Part shown: in pieces, positions 46,650 to 60,000 of the stretch
How positions within the stretch are numbered: position 1 is the stretch's first letter
Layout of the letters: every line of letters starts with the position of its first letter
Assembly (NCBI GenBank): GCA_043228905.1
Contig: JBHGNT010000004.1
Coordinates: 21,452,001-21,516,000, forward strand
Direction of reading: 5' to 3'
Length of the DNA: 64,000 bases
Source of the DNA: Azolla caroliniana
Lineage: Eukaryota > Plantae > Polypodiophyta
Notes under the pieces: model-generated
Seen by the model: only the letters and a program-made list of their open reading frames with translations
Databases searched by the model: none
What the model was told of the DNA's origin: nothing
Program-made: the position numbers and the translations under genes

Positions 46650-49504
46650 CAATGGGACGTGGGTATGTCAAGAACGTAGGTATTGTCGTTATGATGCTAA
46701 TCTAGAACAAGGGATAGATGGGATGGATAACTAGAGTGGTAGCTCAATGCAAACAATGGGAGCCTTCGTTCTCTCCCCGGAAGAAGAATGCATCATGGAG
46801 AGTGAAATAATACATCTTAGATAGGAATCCTTTGTGGTGAAAGTGGTGGGTAGTCGACCTAACAGAGCGTTGTTGCATGATTGGCTCCAAAGCTACTTAC
46901 AAGAAGACCTTGGCAGAATGAAGGACATCACATTTATGGGAAAGGGGTTCCACCATGTCACTGTGATGCCTGAAACGAATATTATATGAAAAATTATCGA
47001 GAGCAACCCACTGACATGGCACAATGCACAAGCCTATGTATTCAAATGGGATGCAGACTTTGACAGGTGTAAAGGAGATGCCTATATAGGCAATCCATTA
47101 GTGATAATGGCCTTTTCCCCTAGTTTACCTAAGCAATGAGAGTCCTTTCTCCCGGCCAATGGTTAGAGAGCAACTGCGTGGAAGCAATTAATGATATGCA
47201 AAAACTACATCAGGAAGACAACTTGTTAGTGGATGATACTGACCATATGCATCATGAAAGTGTGGATGAGGTAGGAGAAATAAGTATAGGAAAGGTCACA
47301 AGCCCATTGAAAGAGCAAGCGAAGTCATTGGTGACAACCCAATATATTAAAGGGATAGCAAAAATGAAAAGGCACATGTGTGCTAGAAAATAGGCAGAGA
47401 AGGGGATGGAGAAAAATAACGGTATGTGTAAATGGCCTAGAGTGAACTGGAATTTTCAATACAAAGTGACCCCCCTATCGAATATTGGATAACAGATTAA
47501 ACTAAAACCAATAGGCAAAAAGTGGTTCATGGAAATGTGTGGAATTGAGATGAAGAAGGACAACAAGTGTAGAGTCAATATCTATGGTAATTGAGATGAT
47601 GGACACCGGATCGCTGGACTGTCCTATATTCTGGCCGTTGGATATAAGGAACCCCATAATAGACAAGAAGCACTCAGATGGCTGGAACAACAAATGGGTA
47701 TTCATGTAGACCCATCATAAAGACAATGGAAAGATGGCATGATATGGAGTTCAGGCAAGGCGAATGAGCAAGGCATATGCTACATAAATGTGAAATTTAG
47801 GAAGCTTCCTAAAATGATCACGAAGTTCATGGTATACCACCTTGAAATGTTGACATAGTTGGAAGAGGAAAATCTCCAAAATAGGATCTTAACTAACCTA
47901 GTGGAAGCTTTAAATGCATTGATTGGGCCACTAAAGATGCATGTTATATGCTAAAATGAATCTTAGCTTGCAAACTTGGAATATATAAGGAATTGGTGGC
48001 ACCCAATTCCAGATGAAGAAGAATGTATTGGCTACTAAAATTCAGCGTTGCATTGAGCCAATGGTGTCTGATGTTATCATGGTGCAGGAGCACCATCTAG
48101 ATGGGGATAAGATCAACAAAATTGGAAGCATTTGCCTTGGGACTTATAGATATAATTACCTCCGAAATTGAATGGACAGGACTTATAGATGCTGAGAATT
48201 ATCTAATTCAACTTAAGGGAATGAAAGCAGGATCTAATGAGGCATGCTACTACAAAATAGAGCATGGAATGGAAATATGTGGGCAACCAACTTATCAAAT
48301 TGAAAGGACGATTAGATTGATTGCAAAAAATGGAAAGGATATGATGATTGACCCTAAGCCGAGGGAGATCACACCAACAACAATGTGTTGGCCAATAGAA
48401 GGGCATTCGGATCAGCTATCATGGGTCCCAATTACGTATTTTTGGAGAACTCAAGGACAAACTGAGAGTGCAAAGCTGGTTCAATTTTTTAGGTACAACA
48501 CGAAAATTGGGAGGCAAATTATTCTAGAATAAAAACACGAAAATATTGCAACACATAAATTTTGGATACAAAAGGGCATTGGCGAAAAGAGATTAGATAA
48601 ATTCTGGAAAATGATATGGCATGGCATTAGTGAACGCAAGATAATGATGTGTTTATGGCTTATTGTGCATACAGCCTTGCTGGTAGGGATGCGGGGTAAA
48701 GGTCCCAATGTAGATCCTAGATGTAATGCATGTGGACAACTAGAAAGCATTTCCCACTGTCTATGGGAATGTCATGAGGCGGCGGTTGTATGGGGAACGA
48801 CATTATGTTTGTTATGCCATGCCTCTAGCTCATTTACCCTCAAATGGAGACATGCTTGTTGGAATTGTCTTGAGGATGATATGGAGAAATATGATAGCAC
48901 ATGCAAAGCAACGTGCAAAGGGGAGAATGGAACTATTCAGCTGATCACTGATAATAGGGTACCTCTAGTTATTGTGAAGAAGCAAAACTTTGGAGATCTA
49001 TGGATGTTGCTTGCACCCATTATCATATGGTGCATATGGACGATAAGGTGTACCAAGGTATTTTCAAGAAACAAACGGCCTCCAGTTGAAACTATTAAGC
49101 TAATATGGCACACACTAATAACTACATTGAGGGCACAATATGAGAGGATTGATGGAACAAATGATGCTTCAGAACTAATGAGGCTGAATTTCAGAAAACG
49201 TTGGTGTACTACACTGATGGCAATACGTAGTACCCAGATGAGTGTTCCCCCCTCCCATTAGTTGAAAGAGGGGCATGAATGATGATTCAGAGATACATAG
49301 AGAACAGACATGTGGATTATTGAATGCAAATGGTGTGTATGAAAGTTTGGCCAAAGACATATGCGAAAGTGTAAGATAAATAAGTGAGACCGCTCATGAA
49401 TGATAGGATAATTTAGGCAAGGACTACCCGATAAAGGGACTAAAGTTGTGTACAAAATGACATTTTAACTAATGGAGTATATTCTTTTTTGGTAATAAAA
49501 AAAA
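46650..49504 (+). mobile_element. Degenerate L1-type LINE with internal deletion (ORF1, endonuclease start, zf-RVT, poly-A)
   Basis: ORF1-like VVKVVGSRPNRALLHDWL...FMGKGF (DUF4283-like); ORF2 start MNLSLQTWNI...IMVQEHHL at about 47956; zinc finger CNACGQLESISHCLWEC; tail aataaaaaaaa 49494-49504. No RT is visible. Confidence 0.75.
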
Positions 49505-50564
49505 GGCATTGTATACAAGCTAGAGACAATTTCACCAAAATATAACGAGTCTAGAACATTCTATAAAGTAATCATGGTGTCCCATTTTCTATGACATTTT
49601 AATAAATTCTCTTACAGAAGCATAGTTCAATATCCTTCCTAACCTTATCTAAAATTCAAAAACTTGAATGTTTTGCATGACTAACCAACTATTTGTGAAG
49701 CATCTATAAGCTTTTTGTATAGTAAATATTGTTATACACAATGAACAAATTTTATTCTTGCTAAAACAACTAAGATATATGTAAATGTTTCTTATATGCC
49801 CCTATTATTTTGGTAATATTGAGATCCAAGACCTACTTTTACTCTAGATATACTGAAGTTGAGGAGGATGTTGGAGCTTTCTGAAAAAATTAAGCAAATT
49901 GGAGTATTATAGTTTAGAATGACTCTAGAAGAGAGCCATAAAACCAATATTTTTATAATATCGTCCATATATATTTATATATATGGACATGTATATTATA
50001 GAAGATAAATTAAAGACTATGCATGGATTGAGTTTGATGGAGTCATATATGTACCCTAAATTGCTTAGAAGGACCAATACTAAATTAGGAAGATCATATG
50101 ATTCGAAGGAGCAACCTCTTAAAATGTATGCTTATAAGAACTCAAACTGGGTTGGATAGTAAAATGTTATTTCGTAGAAAATGTTGGCATATAGGAAGCA
50201 ATAATGATACTATGCTAGATTTTCATTGTATACCTTGTGTGTGTGTTTGAAACAATCTTAAGGCTCCTTGAGAGAGTCGGGGCTCATGGAGAATAGTAAG
50301 ATGTAGTTGGATACGTTCGGCATTTTGACTTTGTTTTGGGCTCAAATACATTTGTAATGTAATATGCCAAATTTGACATTCTAACATCTTGCCACTTCAT
50401 CCTTTGTGCGTCCAGTAATTTATCCTCAATGATCACATTCTTCATAGCATCAAGTTAGAGCTATAATTACTCCCCATCTTTTAAACCATTTCACAATATC
50501 AAGCAACCAAGCATATGAGATAAGATGTTATTCAATGCAATGGTGGTCCAAGCGTTTTTTGAAC

Positions 50565-51793
50565 TGTTGAGAGATCAAGTTCAACTTAGTTTAGTTAGTT
50601 AGTCAACCATGTAACTTCGTGTTCGGAAGCATTGCGAATGTACGCATCCCGAATGAAAGCCTATAGAAGCTCAACGCAAAGTCGGAGGGATGTATCCTCA
50701 TAGGATACTTGTCCGAGAAGAAGGCATGCAAGTGCTACAACCCTTCTACCCGAGCGGTTCAGGTAAGTCGAGACGTAGTCTTCGACGAGTCCGCATTGTG
50801 GTGCGCACTAGAGACAACTTCGACTCCGACACCGCTCGACCCGGAATTTGCCGAACAAGAGGTAGAAGATGGAGATCATTTCGAACACATGTTCGAAGAA
50901 AGTCTGATTACGGCAAGGCCTAGTGGGCCACAAGAGCCCCAACGCGACCCAAGCACGTTGCGACCAAGTACGAACTTGGACAAAGGCAAAGGTAAGATGC
51001 CCGAATATGAAGTCGCCCCGAAGACAATGATTCGGATGGATCAACTCCCTCACTAGACAATGAGTTTGGTGTACCCACCATGCGTACACCCGGAGTAAAG
51101 AAGACGTTCACATCGGCGAGCGAAAAACTTCAACGCTCTTCTAGAGAGAAGAATCTCGTCACTCAGCTCGGCTAAAACGAGTATATGGCTCATCATTACG
51201 CCTTCGCGATGAAGTTAGTGGTCGAACAAGAGCCCGAGAGCTCTACAGAAGTAGCTTGTAACCCGCGATGGGTGAAAGCAGTCGGCCAATTTCACACGAC
51301 AAGCCTTCATCACAGGCTTGAGGGGGAGGAACCGAAACTGCCACAAAGAAGTCAACGCCGAAAGAAATAATACCGGTCATCCAAAGCCGAAGCCGATTCA
51401 ACCGAATCGAAGATCCGAATGTCGAAAGCCAAAGCGGACATCGAATGCCCCGTACTTGAGCTTGAGGGGGGGGCGTGTTGAGAGATCGAGCTCAACTTAG
51501 TTTAGCTCATTCGTCAACCATGTAACTTCGTAGTTACCTAGATAGAATCTAGTTAGACGTGTTGACTATAACACCTTAAATAGGACCTTGTACTTAAGTG
51601 GGATATTCTAGATCCTCCACTCCCAAGTACATTTAATATAGGACTTACACCCTTGTACCTATATTCTCCTCACACATGTGCACCCTTGCACATGAGATCT
51701 ATATATACCTCATTGTAGGTATTTTTGTATTTGATGATGATAATGCTAATTTAATATACTTACTCATCCCCCATCTTTTGTTCTTCATAAGTG

Positions 51794-51868
<75 letters not shown>

Positions 51869-51965
51869 TACACACACACATATCACTTAATCTTCCGCTT
51901 ATTAACTTAATCACATAATTAGGTACTAATTAACCCTTGCTTAATTACTTACCTAATTCTTAACA
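50565..51965 (+). mobile_element. Internally deleted Copia element (1401 bp)
   Basis: TSD TGAAC (50560-50564 and 51966-51970). 5' LTR stub 50565-50620 matches the 3' LTR start at 51476. Integrase-RT linker KCYNPSTRAVQVSRDVVFDES and MAHHYAFAMKL..EPES is related to the 36335 element. Confidence 0.85.
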
Positions 51966-52629
51966 TGAACCCTACGTCTTATGCTCGAAGCTTTTTGCAC
52001 TCCATAAAGCAGCACTAGGATCACCATCACATTGAATAACATCAATCTCACTTCCCTGTCCTCAAGTATCGTTTTGGTTGCGTTGTATAATAACTTATAT
52101 TTCAACCCGCTTGAAGTCTACAATCATTGCATGCATTCCACCTCTTTTTTTATGGACATTAATACCTGGATATTTGAAGCATTGCACCTTGTATGTATAA
52201 AGTGGGACAACGCCTTGCATGCAATGCATTTTTTGCCATAATTTTTGTTTTGTCTATGCTAACAATTTATCCGCGTATATGACATAATGTTTCCAATACA
52301 TGAAGTGTTTTATATATTTCAAAGTAATGAGAATAGCAGAACATTATAAGCACAGTAGTAGTCGACATCAATTTCTTTCATGCCCAATGGCTAGAATGGT
52401 TTGAAGGTGGGTGCATAAATTTAGTGTGGATGTCTCTAACTATCGTAAGAATATCTTCATTCAATTAGGTTTTTGCACATGTGGAGAACAATGGAGTGAC
52501 ACCCTATTTCCAATTTCTTTTTGAGTTCTTGAAGCATTGGGGACTATAGTTCCATTGGAATATGCGGAATGCCCTCATTTTTTTATTCCCAAATTGGAGT
52601 GAAGAAATACATTGCGAAGTTAAAAGAAC

Positions 52630-52990
52630 TTTTTTTTCCAAAAATAAAACTCCTTGCAATAGTTATAAAAATTTACAATCGAGAATGTTATATACAAATC
52701 CCAATAGGGACGTGACAGTTCCATCTTATGTGGACGCCCACTGACTCAAGAAAGAGAGAGGATGACCATTGTTGGATGAAGGCTAATCATTATCTTTTCG
52801 TTCCATCGGATGATGTCATCATATTGGCTCAACTTCACTCCATATCTCTTGCAATAACAATGCCACGGTTTGATTGGAGAAGACCCACCTACAATGTTGT
52901 TTCTAAATAATCCAAAAGTGTTATTGGGTTAACCCATTCCAACACGACTTGAGCTTTGGCATTGATAGGGTGTGGCAATTGATATTGTTA
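52630..52990 (-). mobile_element. L1 3'-end fragment
   Basis: Clear similarity to 43915-44290 (gttccatcttatgtgga.gcccactgactcaagaaag). Poly-T at the left edge. Confidence 0.7.
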
Positions 52991-53189
52991 GAGAAGTCAT
53001 CGAATATAAACCATAAAGAGAGAAAATTTCGCACGGGGACATGTCATCATATTCATCATCTGAAATTGATGTGTTGGGCGGGGTTGACTTAGTAGTGTTG
53101 AGGTTCCTAGAGCTCTAAATTTTGTTTTGAGTTAGTTTGGTGGTGTTTTCTTTCGTAATGAAAGGCATCATTGATGGTGAAAAAAACAA

Positions 53190-54100
53190 GAGTGAGAGAG
53201 GTTTTATTATCACCTTTGGAGGTCAAATATGATATAGGACCCAAATTGAATAACTCATTTTAACATATAAGTGTGGAATTGAGTAGTGAATTCAAAGATT
53301 TGATAAATAACACTACAATCGACGATGTGCATTGTGATTGTGAGAGGAGCTAGATTGACCAAGTATGAATATCACTTAAATGTGGTTGAATGTAGTGCAT
53401 AAAATTGTGAACTCACTTGTTCAAGGCAAAACATGCATAGATTATGGGTCTCTTTGCATATGCCCCAATGCCCCACCTCATATTGAAGAGAAAGTGAGCT
53501 AAGTCATAAAGAAACAATGGTTTAGATGGTAGATAAAGATATGGGTTCTAGCATGTGTCAATGAGTGAGTATTCATTGTTCCAACTTCTTGGAAGAAGAT
53601 GGTTTGGTAAGTTGGTGCAAACTATTTTTAAGAATGATCCTTCTCTTTGTTTCATCAATTATTGTACATATAAGAGGCCTTTCTATCGAGTAAGCTATAC
53701 TTTGTTTCCCAACTCTATTTCTCCATAAGCAATGACTCACAACATGCCATAGTGTGCACTAAAGAGTTCCCCAATGGCATTTCCATATTCTCCTCTAGAA
53801 TCTCATAGATAACAATGGTCTTGGATATCCATTCTGGTTCTTTCAAATTGTGTGTATATATATATTCTATATTCTTTGCAAGTGCCATAACTTCCATAAT
53901 AGGGGGATAGGAAACAACATAATTATCATTAGATACATCAATCCAATGTTAAATATGTTTGTGCCATAACTTCCATAACAGAGGGATTGGAAACAACATT
54001 TATTATTATTGGATAAATCAATCCACGTGATGACTTTGTTACGGATATGTTCTTCATTACACTTACACCCAACATCGTGCATCCGTTTTCTCCTCTTTCA
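53190..54100 (-). mobile_element. RTE-X-like LINE relic, copy 2
   Basis: 3' end ttattatcacctttggaggtcaaatatga matches 24973-25000 and cattgtgattgtgagagga matches about 25105. MEVMALAKNIEY aligns to IEMMAMERVVEY. Confidence 0.65.
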
Positions 54101-54359
54101 ATGCATACTCATGTTTATTTAATGTCCATGGGATAGCAATTGCAATCTATGTGATGAGGACTAACCCATGGCGAAGATCAGACTTGGGTTCTCTCAATGA
54201 AGGAGAGAGAGAGAGAGATGTACTAACAACCAAATCAACGTAGTTTAGTTGGTAAGGTTGTCTGCTCACGAAATGCCACTCCAAAATATTGAGGCAAGAC
54301 ATATGACATTCAAAGATAACACCATACAAGCTTATCAGATGGAGATGCACACACACATG

Positions 54360-55250
54360 AGTGAGAGAGAGATGATGATAGTCATGAGGATAGAAAAATG
54401 ACACGTGAGACACAAAAGACCAGTACAAGGGAGTTCCTTATGCTATAGAGGGTATATCAACATGTGGCTCATGTCTTTTTCTTAAGATTAGTCTTATGCT
54501 AAAGTCGAGGGCATGCATATATCCTTGAGAGGCAAAGGTTGGTGTATTTGGCTTGGGAATTTTGCATGAGGTTGGTGGGAAACATCTTTGAATGCCCTTG
54601 AATGCTTTACATCGTATTGGGAGATGCTCATCTTCCTCGATCTTTTGATTGGGGCAAGGCATGCAAATGCGATTTTGCTCTAGCAAGTCCTCTCCATTGT
54701 CATTTTCAAGATCGCATAGGAGTGTACATGACTACATCAATAAAGTCATGATTTAATATCCCTTTGTGAGTATATCATGAATGGACATGTCAAGTAGTGT
54801 TGACCATTTCCATCTCTTAAATCATTTACATATGTCGTGTGCCAGTCAAAAGATAGATTTTTGCATTTATGCCTTCTCCATTTTACCACTACCATTCCAA
54901 GCTTGATTTGGTAGATGATGTGCCTTCATATGCTCCATTTCCATCTCTTAAATCATTTACATATGTCGTGTGCTAGTCAAAAGATAGATTTTTGCATTTA
55001 TGCCTTCTCCATTTTACCACTGCCATTCCAAGCTTGAATTGGTAGATGATGTGCCTTCATATGCTCCATTATATGCTTTAGTTAGTGACATATTTGTGGA
55101 CTTTGATCAAATATCATGGTTTGATAAGTCTTTCAAATCTCGTGGTTGACTTTAATGTGTTTAGGACAAATTATGTGTAATATAAGAGTCCTCATTGGAC
55201 AAATATTAAGAATAGTATATGTACATAAGTTGAAACATTGTGAATCTAGA
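54360..55250 (-). mobile_element. RTE-X-like LINE relic, copy 3, with a 131-bp tandem duplication at 54804-55070
   Basis: QNRICMPC..KIEEDEHLPIRCKAF matches RLCTLC..VRESEYHTLIQCSAF. The duplicated unit encodes HHLPNQAW, matching HRLPRIAW. Confidence 0.6.
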
Positions 55251-56298
55251 TAAAAAGGTAATTTGTGTTGACAATTTACAAACTCACATGTTTCTCAAAT
55301 ATACGGAAAAAAGGTTGTGTATACATATTACTTGTGAGCTCGGTGAACGTGGATATCATGTTATATCAATTTAAAATAAGAAATATACAATTACGAAAAG
55401 GTGGTCGATATTTATCCACAATAATTTTGTGCATTGATCGTGGAATACCTGGGGGATAATCTCAAAAGAGCATGTGTGGTATTTATGGTCATTCCTTTGC
55501 ATGATGGTAGGGCTCAAGCAAAAAAAAAATTCAAATAAAAGGGGTACCACTCAAATAAAAGTATAACTTCAGACGTAAATAGATGTTAAGTTAACAAAGA
55601 GCAAAACATTAGAGGTGATCGTTATTAGTCAACATTGGCAATCTCGAGCATTCAAATATGTCATGCTGTGGTGAAGGTAGTAATATTTTCAAAGACAATG
55701 ACTAGTATTCAAATAACGCGAGCATGAAGAAAAAAAAAAAAGGTAAGCAATGAGAAAATCGTGACATAATGGGTGGAGGGAGGGCTTTTCTCATCATTTT
55801 TGCCAAGTGATATGTGGATGCAGGTAATACAAAGCCGAACATTCACGAGAAAGTGGTCCTAAGCCTGGCACACACTACTTACCACTTATTGTCGTCGGCA
55901 ATGCCGAGAAGAAAAAGGAAGCTGGATGATGTGGAGGGTTTTGTTTATTTATTGTGTACTCAGAGGTAAAAAAGAAAGAAAGTGAATGTCCAATGGGAGC
56001 TCAGAAAGGGCACAAAGTATGTCACAACCTTCGGGGGGGGGTGGGGGGGGGGGGGGGGGAGCTAACCTATCGTGGTACTCTTCAGCTCTGGCCCTTCTCG
56101 AGAGAGAGAGAAATATGGGAATTTGAGCCAATATACGAGACGGAGGGAACCATTACACACACACACACACACACGTGTTAGCGGATGATGATTTGCAAGA
56201 TATATAATAATAATGTCACCAATGTCTCTGCCAGCCCCTATGTGAGAAGAGTGAAATGGTGGTTATTAAACACATAAGGATGATAAAAAATCTTCATG

Positions 56299-56343
<45 letters not shown>

Positions 56344-56520
56344 CTCAATAATTGAGTGTCCAATATTTGGATAGGTGTATATACATACATATATTATGTC
56401 TGTTAGGAATGTGTGTCTAAACTTGGAAGGCTCAATCATATATATATATATGTATATGTATTAGACTTTTTAGCTTAAGCCCCAAAGGAAGGAAGGGAAG
56501 TGTTGTTATCTTCTCCTTCA

Positions 56521-56812
56521 AGATCAAAATAAATCAAAAGAAGAAGAAGAAGAAGAAGAAGAAGAAGAAAGGTCTCCATCTCCCCTGTTTCAGCAGAAAC
56601 AGAAGTAGTTGGGAAGGAGATCAAAATAAATCAAAAGAAGCAAAAGAAGAAGGAAGAAGAAGAAAGGTATCTATCTCCCCTGTTTCAGCAGAAACAGAGG
56701 TTAGTTGGGAAGGAGATCAAAATAAATCAAAAGAAGCAAAAGAAGTAGGAAGAAGAAGAAAGGTCTCTATCTCCCCTGTTTCAGCAGAAACAGAGGTAGT
56801 TGGGAAGCAGGA
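56521..56812 (+). repeat. Three tandem copies of an approximately 97-bp unit just upstream of the gene ATG
   Basis: agatcaaaataaatcaaaagaag(aag)n...atctcccctgtttcagcagaaacaga.gtagttgggaag at about 56521, 56618 and 56714. Confidence 0.92.
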
Positions 56813-56857
56813 AGGAAGGAAGAGGAGGAGGAGGAGGAGGAGCAGAAGAAGAGAGAG

Positions 56858-57099
56858 ATGGTGATGATGGCTGATATTGTGGAGGAGGAGTCGAGGAGGC
56901 CATGGCGGCTCTGCGTGTCGATGGGGGGTGCGGAGTGGGGTGGAGTGGAAGATGTCCTGCGAGGGATGCGGGCCGCCAAGGAGGAAGGCGCCGATGTGGT
57001 GGAGCTCCGCCTCGATGCCCTCTCCCCTGCCTCCGCCGCCGCCTCCCACCTCCCCCACCTCCTCACCCTCGCCCCGCTCCCCACCATCGTTTGCTGCAG
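56858..57099 (+). CDS. DHQ/SDH: DHQ/SDH exon 1
   Basis: [22 protein letters not shown]...[12 protein letters not shown]...PLPTIVCCR; donor ag|gtatc. Confidence 0.9.
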
Positions 57100-60000
57100 G
57101 TATCATCATCTATCATCTATACATACTCCGTTTTTCTATCTATCGGCGCCTGTTTCTTAACAATCCAATTTTATCATAGCCTGTTTTATCTGTGTGTGCC
57201 TGCTCCTCTCTCCTTATCTCTTGGGCCAATTTTGGCCTTAGAAGACGTGAATCTATCTATCATTCTTTCTTTCTTTCTTTCTCCTTTAAATTAGGCACTC
57301 TCCAAGTTATTCTCTTTGACATTTCTCACTAATCTCTCTCTCTCTCTCTCTCTCTTACTAGAACCATTTAGCTTAAGCTCTATTTTATTTTGTTTTGTTT
57401 TTATTTTTTCTTTCGATGAATGGGTAAATACCCCATTTTTTGTTGTAAACCAATTGTCTCATGGGCCAATTTTGGCGTTAGAAGACGTTAATACATATAT
57501 CTTTCTTTCTTTCTTTCGCATATCCATTCTTGTGTGTGTACATTTTTATTCCCTTTTTGTTCTTTTATACACTCTTGTCAAGAAACTGATGGGGGTTGTA
57601 TGCAGACAGCAAACAACTGAGTAGATTGCCCACAAATCCTGTTCGTTCTTTCTTTCTCTGGATGAATGCTCCCCATCCCCAGCTCATCGAAAAAACAGAG
57701 CATTTCTTAATTCTTTTTTCCTTGTTATTCCTCTTTCTGCCTCTCTGACCGTCACTGGTGTTTTAGATTTCTTACGTTCCATTATTGCATTTTTCTCCAT
57801 GATTGTTCTTCTTAATGCACAAGTAAATTTTTTTTTAGTTCTTCTTCTTTGGGTTTCTTTGTCCATACTTATCCGCATATCTTATCTCCAACTCTCTCTC
57901 TCTCTCTCCCTCTCTTCCTCTCTACATCTCAGGAAGGATTCAAGTCCAAGATGATCTCTCCCCCCACCCCCCTCTCTCTCAGGAAGGATTCACATCCAAG
58001 ATGACATATTTATTTGGTCCATAGGTCAAATTTGGCCTCCTCTTGGATGATAAAAAATCCATTATCCCATTCTTTATCCCTTCCTCTCTCTCTCCTCCCC
58101 AATTTAATTTTTGGTTTCTTACTTGTTCAGGCCTCAATGGGCAGGCGGCCATTACATTGGGGACGAGAATGGACGCCTTCAGATCCTTCAACTCGCCACA
58201 GATCTCGGTGCTGAGTATGTTGATGTGGAGTTGGAGGTATGCCTCCATTCCTTTTGAAAAGTAATCATCAATTCATTAAAAAAGTAAAAAGATCGAATAT
58301 TCCATATCTTTATCTGGATTTTCTCCAAAACGAAAACCAGATGTGGATGAAAAGAGAAAATGTTAAATATACATGTATTATACTTTTGAATGGAAAGGAG
58401 GTGAAACACAACTTTTCGTACATTCCCGAAAGTTTAGTAAGAGAGTAAAGAAAGATGGAAGTCATCACATCAATGATGGGAGAAGAGGAAGGACAATGGA
58501 ACAAGATCTGTTAACTGAAAGGAATATTGGAATCCCATGGATATTCAAACAAGAAAAAGAGTGTGGTAATTCCTGAAGGATTAGTATGAGAAATAATCAT
58601 AGAATAATGAAATGGACATTCAAACAAAATTTTAAGAAACAAGACATCCCCAGGATTACTAATAGCTAGAAAAGAACCACTTCAATCACAATCGAAACAT
58701 GGGACATTTGAATAAGTAAACAAAGGAATACAGAATATTCCTATTTCTCACCGAGGAATATACTTAATGGCACTGCCCTTTGGGCAACCCTAAAGTATTC
58801 TTCTTATCATGGTCTTTGAATGATTTGCCAAAATTAAGAATTTATCAGTAATATGTTCTTCCAATGAGTAAGTTAGAGTATTGTGAAAACCATTCACCAC
58901 TCATGTTATCAAGATTTTTGGATGATCTCTGCCAAAATTTAGAAAAGTTTTATGTATTTACCTGTATATATATATATCTATCAGATGTTTCAGTTGCCAT
59001 CCACTTTGGCACCTTCTGCACTGAAACATTCATCAAACTTTTGAAAAAATCTGCCGCTGCAAAATTTTGTACAATTTACTTACAATATTCCCCAAATAGC
59101 TGTTTCTCAAGGTATCTGGAAGATTTCCATTATTGTTAGGAGCAAGTGGTTTAGAACATTCATTCCAAATTTCAGAAAAGAATTATTAATTTACTAGTGA
59201 TATTCACCAAATCACTTGTTTTCAAGGCTTTGGAGACAATATTTTTGATAGATTTGCTGCTAAAAAGTACAAGTCTTTTGAGGATTTTCTAGTAATATTT
59301 GGTAAAGTTGAGCTAAATACTATGGAAAGTTAAAAGATTAGACTAACACTAAAATCACCCAATCAACCTTCATGGGCTCCTTAGTTATATTACCCTGAAG
59401 TCTACCACCTCTTATGAGCACCTACGTAGAGTGTGGAATTTAAATTCTTAAATATTTACCAAGGAAGAGGTTTAATTTCCTTGAAATATGAAGCAATCTT
59501 CAAAAAACTGACAATTGTTCGCTGTAGGTTGCAGTGGAATTTTCAGCCACTCTGAAAAAGAAAAATAGAAACAATTGTAAACTTATTGTATCTTATCACA
59601 ACAACGGTGTGAGCCTTACAGCAGAAGATCTTGGAGGTTTGGCGACTAAAATCCAAGAAGCAGGTGCAGATATAATAAAGATAGTCTCCATAGCAAACAA
59701 CATTACAGATTGCTACCCAATGCTACAGTTCCTTGCTTGCTCTAAGGTATGTTTCTTTTGCACAGGTTCGTAGGTTTGTAAATGGGAAGAGTTTTGGTCT
59801 TGACACATTTATATACCTATACAGATGATACATAGACTCATGTTTGTATGTTTGTTTTGGTTTACTGAACTGAGTGAGTACTTTCTGCAATGTATATGTG
59901 AGATTGTTAATAGCATTTCCTTGTAAGGCAATATAAAAATAAATGCCATCATCTTCAACTCTGATTCAACTGTCCGTACGTGTACCCAATCTTGAAAGCA

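Noticed and set aside
56717-57294. Overlapping antisense and alternative-frame ORFs at exon 1
   Set aside because: By-products of the GC-rich first exon; only the DHQ frame has homology.
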